In this document: positions 53,368 through 60,260 of the stretch, piece after piece
Layout: each line of letters begins with the position of its first letter
How positions within the stretch are numbered: position 1 is the first letter of the stretch
Source of the DNA: Patescibacteria group bacterium
Lineage (GTDB): Bacteria > Patescibacteriota > Patescibacteriia > Magasanikbacterales > UBA922
NCBI GenBank assembly: GCA_028687045.1
Contig: JAQUAW010000002.1
Span: 1 to 60,260 of the forward strand
Direction: 5' to 3'
Length of the DNA: 60,260 nt
The notes under the pieces: model-generated
The model's database searches: none
What the model was told of the DNA's origin: nothing
The model's input: only the letters and a program-made list of their open reading frames with translations
Program-made: the position numbers and the translations under genes

Positions 53368-54057
53368 ATGAAAAATAACCTAAAAATAATTTCAGTCGGT
53401 GGTTCAATTGTTATTCCAAAAACTGGTTTTGATATTAATTTTCTCAAAAAATTTCGTCAGATGATTTTGGCTGAAGTGAAGAAAGGTCAAAAATTTATTT
53501 TGATTATTGGAGGAGGAAGTACGGCTCGGATTTATCAATCTGCTTTGCAAGAAACTGTTAAAATAAAAGAAGAAAATTTGGATTGGATGGGAATTGGAGC
53601 GACGATTATCAATGCTAATTTTGTAAGATTAATGTTTGGTGAAGTAGCTTACAAAGATGTGGTAACTAATCCAACAAAAAAAATAAAAACTAACAAAGCT
53701 ATTATTGTGGCTGCTGGCTACAAACCTGGATGCAGTACAGATTATGATGCTGTTCTATTTGCTAAGACTTATGGTGCTAAGGAAATGTTGAATTTATCAA
53801 ATATTGAATATGTTTATGACAAAGATCCTAGAAAGTTTCCTGATGCAAAAATAATTGAAAATATTGATTGGAAAACATTTCGCAAAGAAATAGTAGGGGA
53901 TATTTGGCAACCTGGCAAAAGTGCACCTTTTGATCCTGTAGCAAGTAAAGCTGCTGAGAAGCTGAAGCTAAAAGTAAGTATTTTACAAGGGACGAATTTG
54001 GAGGAAGTAAAAAATGCTTTGGGAGGAAAGAAATTCAAGGGGACAGTGATTGAATAA
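53368..54057 (+). CDS. pyrH: UMP kinase (archaeal-type amino-acid-kinase fold)
   Basis: KIISVGGSIV, IIGGGSTAR, and GYKPGCSTDYDAV motifs. Confidence 0.65.
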   Translation: MKNNLKIISVGGSIVIPKTGFDINFLKKFRQMILAEVKKGQKFILIIGGGSTARIYQSALQETVKIKEENLDWMGIGATIINANFVRLMFGEVAYKDVVTNPTKKIKTNKAIIVAAGYKPGCSTDYDAVLFAKTYGAKEMLNLSNIEYVYDKDPRKFPDAKIIENIDWKTFRKEIVGDIWQPGKSAPFDPVASKAAEKLKLKVSILQGTNLEEVKNALGGKKFKGTVIE

Positions 54058-54096
54058 TTTTTGAATGACACGAATTTTAGACTAATAACACTAATG

Positions 54097-54130
54097 AAAA
54101 ACAGCTTATAGATTTATAAGCTGTTTTTGT
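54097..54130. terminator. bidirectional intrinsic terminator
   Basis: AAAAACAGCTTATA-gatt-TATAAGCTGTTTTTG. Confidence 0.85.
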
Positions 54131-54132
54131 TT

Positions 54133-54738
54133 TTAAATTTTAGATTTATGTTCCGTAACTTTGGCAAGTGTTTCTTCTTCAGATAAGGCACCTTCTTTTT
54201 TTAAATATTCTGCTAGTTCTTTTTTTTCTCTTGTTGGTTTAAATTTGCATAAAGATTCTTCTTGATCATATTTTCTACATTCAAATACCCTTTCCCCATC
54301 AGTAAATGGATTGCTATCTTCAGTTTTTTCACCATAAATCAATAACTTACCTAAAGATTCACATAAAATTATACTGTGTAATCTATGTGGCCCTTCTGGT
54401 ATTTCTCTTCTTAATCCGTGACGAACAGTGGTATAAAGATATGTCCAGCGTTCTTCTGGTTTAGGTGTCTTTGAAGGTAAAGTTCTTCTAAAGAAAAGAA
54501 CATAATTAGGATCAAAATCTTGTTCTTCATTTTCATATTTTGAACTATTTATTAAATATTTTTTTTGTTTTTCTCTGTCTGGTACGGCCTGTATGAATGG
54601 TTCTACAAAATCAGGATCACCACAAAATTTTTTTACATCAAATCCTAGCTTATTATCTGGAATTTCTCTCATTACTTCTGTTAGAATTGTAATTTTTGGT
54701 TGATCTATAAGTCCTTTGAATCCTGGTATTTGTTCCAT
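54133..54738 (-). CDS. hypothetical protein (201 aa)
   Basis: ORF only; no motif recognised. Confidence 0.5.
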   Translation of the reverse strand: MEQIPGFKGLIDQPKITILTEVMREIPDNKLGFDVKKFCGDPDFVEPFIQAVPDREKQKKYLINSSKYENEEQDFDPNYVLFFRRTLPSKTPKPEERWTYLYTTVRHGLRREIPEGPHRLHSIILCESLGKLLIYGEKTEDSNPFTDGERVFECRKYDQEESLCKFKPTREKKELAEYLKKEGALSEEETLAKVTEHKSKI

Positions 54739-54918
54739 AAATTTTTATTATATTTATTATAATCATTATACTTTAAAAATTCATAATTTTCTAGTCGAGA
54801 TAATAAACTTGATTTTTCTCTCAAAATGGCTTAAGATTAGTTTGTAAGTGACTTGTTTAGACGGAATTTAGAATCAATTGTGAGTTTTGTTAGTTAAATA
54901 AGTTTAAATTTAAGAAAG

Positions 54919-54947
54919 ACCCCTCCCGTGCTTCGCCGGTTCAGGGT
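54919..54947 (+). promoter_or_regulatory. 5'-UTR GC-rich hairpin module, copy d (upstream of dnaG)
   Basis: TTAAGAAAG-ACCCC tc CCG tgcttcgc CGG ttca GGGT; ends 12 nt before ATG 54960. Confidence 0.6.
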
Positions 54948-54959
54948 GTTGTACGTTCT

Positions 54960-56762
54960 ATGTCCGATATAAACCTAATCAAAGAAAAAATAGACGTGGT
55001 GGACCTCATAGGTGAATATGTTCAGCTGAAACCGGCTGGCATCAATCACAAAGGACTATGTCCTTTTCACCATGAAAAAAGTCCATCCTTTATGGTCAAT
55101 CGCGAACGACAAAGTTGGCATTGTTTTGGTTGTGCCAAGGGTGGTGACATCTTTACTTTTGTGCAAGAAATAGAAGGTATGGAATTTCGAGAAGCTCTTA
55201 AATATTTGGCTGACAAAGCTGGAGTACAATTGACTAATACTTTTCAAAATCAAGCAGAAACAAGTCAAAAAAATAGATTGAAAGAAATAAATAAAGATGC
55301 TGCTCATTTTTTCTATAATTTTTTATTAAAAATGCCAGCTTCAAAAGATGCCCGTGATTATTTGCAAAACAGGGGATTGACTCAAGAAACAATTGATAAT
55401 TGGCAAATTGGTTTTGTACCAGAACAATGGGATTTGCTGACACAATATTTATTGAAAAAAGGTCATAGTATTGATGATCTTGTTGTTTCAGGTTTGACAA
55501 TCAAACGTGACAATGCCAATGCCCAAACTTATCAAGGTTTTTATGACAGATTCCGTGGTCGTATTATGTTTCCGATTTGGGATGTACACGATGGAGTAGT
55601 TGGTTTTACGGGGCGTGTTTTGGTAGAGACAGAGAAGAGTGGTGGCAAATATGTCAATACTCCACAAACTCCACTTTTTGATAAATCTCGTGTTGTTTTT
55701 GCTCTTAATAAAGCTAAAAAAGAGATTAAGGTCAAAGATTTGGTTGTACTTGTTGAAGGACAAATGGATGTGATAGCTTGTCATCAAGCTGGTATGACTA
55801 ATGTGGTTGCTACTAGTGGTACAGCTTTGACAAGTGAACAAATAAAACTTTTGAAAAGATATAGCAACAATATTAGTATGGCTTTTGATGCAGACAATGC
55901 TGGCGAAAAAGCGGCCCGTCGTGGTATTGAACTTGCGATTGCTCAAGGTATCAATGTAAAAATCATTCAAATTCCTGAAGGTGCTGGCAAAGATCCAGAC
56001 GAGTGTATCAAAAAAAATAAAGAAGTCTGGTTTGAAGCTGTCAAAAATGCCAATGAGGTGATGGATTGGTATTTTGAAAGGGCTTTTTTGAAAAAAGATA
56101 TTCATAATCCTAAAGACAAACAAGATATATCTTTTGAATTATTAAATATAATTAAGCACATACCTTATCCAGTAGTATTGGATCATTGGTTACAAGAACT
56201 TAGTCATCGTCTTTTAACAGATATTGATGTATTACGTAAGGAATTAGATCGTATTAGAAATGAAGAAAAAAAGTCTTCAGATATTAGGACAAAGACTGAA
56301 AAAACAGATAAACATGAAGTAACATTACCACCAACCAGGTTAGAAAGTTTGGTAGAAAGATTCTTATCTTTGTATTTGCGTTTTTCAGCGGATGTACAAG
56401 GTATTAGTAATCTTTTTTCAATAGATTTATCGCTATCCACAGGTAAATATTCTGCTCTTTACGAAAAGCTAAAAACCATGTATAATAGCAACAATAATGA
56501 CATCACACATGTCAGAGAAATTTTTTCAACTGAAAATCAAGAAAATATCGTAGATGTTCTTCTTATGCAAGGCGAGAAGGATTTTTTTGGCTTTACAGGA
56601 GTTGAAGGTAAAAAAGATTTACAAGATTTGTCAAAAATTGTTAGAGAAGAGTGGCTTAAACAAGAAAGAAACAGAATTCAAAATGAGATGTCTCAAGCGG
56701 AAAGTAAGGGTGATATTGAAAGGGTGAATGAATTAATGCAAGATTTTCAGAAACTAATATAG
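54960..56762 (+). CDS. dnaG: DNA primase
   Basis: Zinc ribbon CPFHHEKSPSF...HCFGC, RNAP domain, and TOPRIM (VEGQMDV, DAD.AG). Confidence 0.95.
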   Translation: MSDINLIKEKIDVVDLIGEYVQLKPAGINHKGLCPFHHEKSPSFMVNRERQSWHCFGCAKGGDIFTFVQEIEGMEFREALKYLADKAGVQLTNTFQNQAETSQKNRLKEINKDAAHFFYNFLLKMPASKDARDYLQNRGLTQETIDNWQIGFVPEQWDLLTQYLLKKGHSIDDLVVSGLTIKRDNANAQTYQGFYDRFRGRIMFPIWDVHDGVVGFTGRVLVETEKSGGKYVNTPQTPLFDKSRVVFALNKAKKEIKVKDLVVLVEGQMDVIACHQAGMTNVVATSGTALTSEQIKLLKRYSNNISMAFDADNAGEKAARRGIELAIAQGINVKIIQIPEGAGKDPDECIKKNKEVWFEAVKNANEVMDWYFERAFLKKDIHNPKDKQDISFELLNIIKHIPYPVVLDHWLQELSHRLLTDIDVLRKELDRIRNEEKKSSDIRTKTEKTDKHEVTLPPTRLESLVERFLSLYLRFSADVQGISNLFSIDLSLSTGKYSALYEKLKTMYNSNNNDITHVREIFSTENQENIVDVLLMQGEKDFFGFTGVEGKKDLQDLSKIVREEWLKQERNRIQNEMSQAESKGDIERVNELMQDFQKLI

Positions 56763-56886
56763 TTTTGAATTTAGAAATTTAGGAATTTAAAATTAAGAAA
56801 TTCTGAAATTGTTTTAAAATTTAAAATTTTTAAATTGAAAATTATTTACCGTTCTTACTTTTTTAAGTAGAACTAATTTAAATCCC

Positions 56887-58320
56887 ATGCCACGCGGCAA
56901 AAAGAGTACAATTAAATTAGCAAAAACCAAAGTAAGTAAAAAGGTTGTTGCGACCATCAAAAAAACTGTTAAAAAAACAGTTCCCAAATTAGCTAAAAAA
57001 ACCACAGCTAAGGCTAAGGTTTTCAAAGCAAATACAATTACCCGAAAAAATACTACTAAGCGGGTTACAAAAAATACACAAATAGTTAAGTCAAAAAAAA
57101 CAAGTTCAAAACCGTTTAAACCGACTCACCAAAATGTGAGACGACCGTCTGATCATCTTAAAAAACCTAGCGTCAAACTTGACAAATCACAATTTGACAA
57201 GAATTTTGACATACCTACAGAAGATCAAATCTCTAAACTTGTGAAAAAAGGACGTGAAAGAGGATTTTTGACAGAACATGAAATCCTTATACTTTTTTCT
57301 AGACTTGAGCAATACTTAGATGTTTATGAATCTTTCTTAGATTTGGTAGACAAAAATAGTGTTTCTGTTATAGAAGTACAACAAGGTGGTTTGTTGGGAA
57401 AGACTTACAATGATCAACGTGACGATGTCATGACAGGTCTTCAAGGTGATCAGCCTGATGTAGCTTCTGGTTTGTCTTTTGATTTGGGAAATATTTCTCA
57501 AGATTCTATCCAAATGTATTTGCGTGAAATTGGTAAGGTACCACTTCTTACAGCTGATGAAGAAGTCAGTCTGGCCAAACGTCGTGAAAGAGGGGATAAA
57601 AATGCTGAACGAAAAATGATTGAAGCTAACTTGCGTCTAGTTGTTTCTATTGCTAAGAAATTCGTGGGTAAATCATTGTCAATGCTTGATCTGATTCAAG
57701 AAGGAAATATTGGTTTGTTCCGTGCGGTGAAAAAATTTGATTATCGCAAAGGTTACAAATTTTCTACTTATGCTACTTGGTGGATAAGACAAGCTATCAC
57801 TCGTGCTTTGGCTGACCATTCTCGTACCATTCGTATTCCTGTTCACATGGTCGAGACAATCAACAGATTGCAACAAGTTTCTCGTCATTTGCTTCAAGAT
57901 TTGGGTCGTGATCCAACTCCAGAAGAAATTGCCGCTGAAATGGGTGAGGAAGTAGAAAAAGTAAAACATATTATCAAAATTTCTCAAGACACTGTTTCAC
58001 TTGAAACTTCAGTCGGTGACGATGATGACGATGACACATCTTTGGCAGATTTTATCAAAGATGTAAAAAGTGTCAGTCCATCTCAAGCGGCTGGTGTGGA
58101 ACTTCTCAAAGATTATATCAAAGAGGCAGTCAAAGATCTTTCTCCTCGTGAGAAAAAAATCTTGGAAATGCGTTTTGGTCTAGACGATGGTGTCACTCAT
58201 ACTTTGGAAGAAGTGGGCAAAGAATTTGGTGTGACTCGTGAACGTATTCGTCAGATTGAATCAAAAGCACTTGATAAGATTAAAGATTTTGATGTGATTA
58301 AGAAGCTTAGAGACTATTAA
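56887..58320 (+). CDS. rpoD: RNA polymerase sigma factor RpoD with Lys-rich N-terminal extension
   Basis: Regions 2 to 4 are recognisable ([49 protein letters not shown]). The first ~100 aa are K/T-rich low complexity. Confidence 0.95.
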   Translation: MPRGKKSTIKLAKTKVSKKVVATIKKTVKKTVPKLAKKTTAKAKVFKANTITRKNTTKRVTKNTQIVKSKKTSSKPFKPTHQNVRRPSDHLKKPSVKLDKSQFDKNFDIPTEDQISKLVKKGRERGFLTEHEILILFSRLEQYLDVYESFLDLVDKNSVSVIEVQQGGLLGKTYNDQRDDVMTGLQGDQPDVASGLSFDLGNISQDSIQMYLREIGKVPLLTADEEVSLAKRRERGDKNAERKMIEANLRLVVSIAKKFVGKSLSMLDLIQEGNIGLFRAVKKFDYRKGYKFSTYATWWIRQAITRALADHSRTIRIPVHMVETINRLQQVSRHLLQDLGRDPTPEEIAAEMGEEVEKVKHIIKISQDTVSLETSVGDDDDDDTSLADFIKDVKSVSPSQAAGVELLKDYIKEAVKDLSPREKKILEMRFGLDDGVTHTLEEVGKEFGVTRERIRQIESKALDKIKDFDVIKKLRDY

Positions 58321-58341
58321 AACATAAAAACATTAAAACAT

Positions 58342-58374
58342 AAAAACAACCGTGAGAAAAAGCGGTTGTTTTTG
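58342..58374 (+). terminator. intrinsic terminator after rpoD
   Basis: ACAACCG-tgagaaaaag-CGGTTGT followed by TTTTTG; preceded by CATAAAAACATTAAAACATAAAAAC words. Confidence 0.8.
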
Positions 58375-58396
58375 TATTATTTATTTGAACAAAAAA

Positions 58397-58915
58397 TTAT
58401 TTGCTGAAAACAGATACGAATCTTCCTTCGTAGAGACGTTTGACTACTTCTGCTGGATTGAATATTTTGCCATTCATACAAACATAAATACCTGGTTTTA
58501 GCTCATGAATTTTTGCAATAGAATAACCTAGATTAAATGGAGCATCAGATGGTGAAAAACCAAGAAGTGGAATCATACTGCCTGTAAAAATAATAATTTT
58601 ATCATGTTTACCAAGATTTGCATCTAAATAGCGTGCTGTGTCTGGCATGGTATAGGTTCCGTGGGTCACAATAAATTTTTTGTGAGGACTTTTTTTAATT
58701 TCTTTCAATACGTTTGCAAGATCACTTTTTTTCAAAGCTCTACTATCTTTCATACAAATGGTTGTAAACTCTGTTTTTTCGTGAAGTTTAAGGCTTTTTA
58801 TATAGGCTGGTATTGATGATTCTTTCAAAGTGTCTACTGTATCTTTTACACCATTATAAAAAGAATCTATGGTACCACCAGTTATAATGAAATGGATTGT
58901 ATTTTTTTGTGTCAT
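58397..58915 (-). CDS. asparaginase/glutaminase N-terminal-domain protein
   Basis: ITGGTIDS (TGGTI) motif and HGT..M pattern; only 172 aa. Confidence 0.55.
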   Translation of the reverse strand: MTQKNTIHFIITGGTIDSFYNGVKDTVDTLKESSIPAYIKSLKLHEKTEFTTICMKDSRALKKSDLANVLKEIKKSPHKKFIVTHGTYTMPDTARYLDANLGKHDKIIIFTGSMIPLLGFSPSDAPFNLGYSIAKIHELKPGIYVCMNGKIFNPAEVVKRLYEGRFVSVFSK

Positions 58916-59091
58916 AATATTTAAAACAATTATAAATTCATATTACAATCATATCAAAAAAACAGTGACTTTTCAATCCCGACCTAGTCGGGACGAGAAA
59001 TTTTGATTTTTTATAACTTGCTATGAAGATGTTCTTTTTTATATTTTGTTAGTTTATTGTAAAATAATTAGTTACGCTGTTTTTGTATTAC

Positions 59092-59391
59092 TTATTTAAA
59101 ATATTTTTTGGCGCTTGGTCGGCGATGAGGACAACCTGGCCAACAGCAAGGTCGACGTTTACCGGCTAGAAGATCGGTACACAAGCGTTCTAAATGTTCT
59201 TTTCTGGTTTCTGCTTTTTTTACAATGGTAACCCAACATATCCACTCGTTTCGGGCGAGGGAAGTGATGCTGTTCCATTTTTCAAGTACTTCTGGATTGG
59301 AAGCTAAGGTTTCTTTCAAATCAGCTGGTATTTTGTGGAGTGTAGAAGGGGTGATTTGTTTTTTTGGCATATGTTTATTAGTTGTCGGCAA
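59092..59391 (-). CDS. YdeI/OmpD-associated family protein
   Basis: ...ARNEWICWV....K..ETR..R... pattern with a Cys-rich C-terminus. Confidence 0.55.
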   Translation of the reverse strand: MPTTNKHMPKKQITPSTLHKIPADLKETLASNPEVLEKWNSITSLARNEWICWVTIVKKAETRKEHLERLCTDLLAGKRRPCCWPGCPHRRPSAKKYFK

Positions 59392-59477
59392 AATAATGTC
59401 GCCTAACGTATCGCAATATTCGACGTCCGCCTTAGCGGATATTGTGTGTTAGCTGATGTATTAAAAATTTATTTTTT

Positions 59478-60140
59478 TTATTTTTTAACCGCATTAAGAA
59501 GTATAAAATTGGAAGTAAATATATATTCCTTGTCATTAAGTTTAACTTTTTCTGGTTCAACTTTGTCTGTGGTGATAATTACCTCATAATCTTTAAACAT
59601 TTCTTTCAAAAAAACGATGGCTTCTTCAAGGGTATAATTTGGTTCGGTTTTAACGATCCAAAGACTGCCGTCTGGGTAAGTTCTTTTAATATCAGTGGCG
59701 AAATCAATAATTATTCGTCCGCCCGATTTTAATACTCTTCCCATTTCATCCAATATACCTTTAAAAACAAGTTTTGGAAAAAGATGTAAGGTGCCGACAC
59801 AGAATATTCCATCAAACAAATCATTCTCAAAAGGAAGTGGCCTTACAACATTTGCCGTTTTTATAGTAAGCTTTTTCCTTAATGCGTCTGGAGTAATGCG
59901 AACAATCTTTTGCAATGCACTTTCGTTAATATCAACGGCAATTATTTCATTAGCTTTTTCCAACAACAGGTTGTTAAACCTGCCGTCACCGGCGCAAAAA
60001 TTGAGCCACTTACCAGCGATATTGGTTTTTTTTAATAAATCAGCTGTGGCCTCATCTTCCGTCCCCCACACAGAATCATCTGGCGTATTAGCATAATCCA
60101 CATCACCGGTATATATATTTTCTTGCTCGTTTGATTGCAT
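59478..60140 (-). CDS. class I SAM-dependent methyltransferase
   Basis: Motif I WLNFCAGDGRF and a post-I acidic residue (AVDIN). Start set at ATG 60140. Confidence 0.7.
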   Translation of the reverse strand: MQSNEQENIYTGDVDYANTPDDSVWGTEDEATADLLKKTNIAGKWLNFCAGDGRFNNLLLEKANEIIAVDINESALQKIVRITPDALRKKLTIKTANVVRPLPFENDLFDGIFCVGTLHLFPKLVFKGILDEMGRVLKSGGRIIIDFATDIKRTYPDGSLWIVKTEPNYTLEEAIVFLKEMFKDYEVIITTDKVEPEKVKLNDKEYIFTSNFILLNAVKK

Positions 60141-60260
60141 AAAAAATAAAAAAATAAATTTGCCACGATTAAATGCTCGATAGGGCTGAAAAGGAATTTT
60201 TAATATTTCAGCTAACATTTGTTATACGAACTTCCCAAAATAATCGCTAAATTACGCTAT

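Noticed and set aside
55488-56123. 211-aa minus-strand ORF. Similar antisense ORFs lie inside alaS (3307..3678), recQ (17069..17491), copA (35984..36379, 36825..37244), rpoD (57679..57987) and other genes.
   Set aside because: All lie fully inside strongly conserved genes on the opposite strand. Long antisense ORFs are expected in AT-rich DNA with few antisense stop codons.
58977-58993. TCCCGAC-cta-GTCGGGA hairpin, plus CCGAC-ttt-GTCGG at 8991-9003 and CTCGTGGC-ttt-GCCACGGAG at 30888-30907, as extra members of the 5'-UTR hairpin family
   Set aside because: They are GC hairpins upstream of genes. They lack the TTAAGAAAGA box and the two-tier stem, and they sit 45-125 nt from the start codons. 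They may be related but there is not enough evidence to group them.

Overview
AT-rich (roughly one-third G+C by eye, not computed), gene-dense bacterial chromosomal segment. I call about 65 protein genes, three canonical tRNAs (Thr-CGU, Gln-UUG, Gln-CUG), one aberrant tRNA-like gene and no rRNA or CRISPR array. The core content is housekeeping: alaS; the infA-rpmJ-rpsM-rpsK-rpsD-rpoA-rplQ operon followed by rplM-rpsI; ftsE/ftsX; recQ; greA; an ABC-F ATPase; folP; a csoR/HMA/copA copper locus; rlmN; dnaX; cysS; pyrH; dnaG-rpoD. Several traits fit a reduced Candidate-Phyla-Radiation/Patescibacteria-like genome (inference only): small truncated proteins (RpoA without alpha-CTD, AlaRS without C-Ala), a CxxC-x17-CxxC protein, no Shine-Dalgarno motifs, and a membrane-anchored VirD4/HerA-like ATPase. 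The most interesting signals are non-coding. (1) A DUF559 (Vsr-like) endonuclease gene is bracketed by inverted copies of a ~41-nt GC-rich hairpin module. The same module builds three dispersed ~100-bp palindromic doublets, a REPIN/RAYT-like arrangement with a different nuclease family. (2) Two tandem paralogous structured small RNAs, each with its own promoter and terminator, sit immediately upstream of cysS. (3) A tRNA-like gene has canonical acceptor, D and T arms but an 11-bp anticodon helix. (4) A conserved promoter-proximal 5'-UTR hairpin module with covarying stems precedes four unrelated genes. (5) Most gene ends carry locus-specific 'stuttered word' palindromes around terminators, and two genes are bracketed by duplicated copies of such elements. 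(6) A higher-GC accessory block lies next to tRNA-Gln: a PIF1-like helicase with no canonical start codon, DUF3800, an unknown ORF and a ParB-like nuclease. All identities rest on motif recognition by eye; no database search was run.
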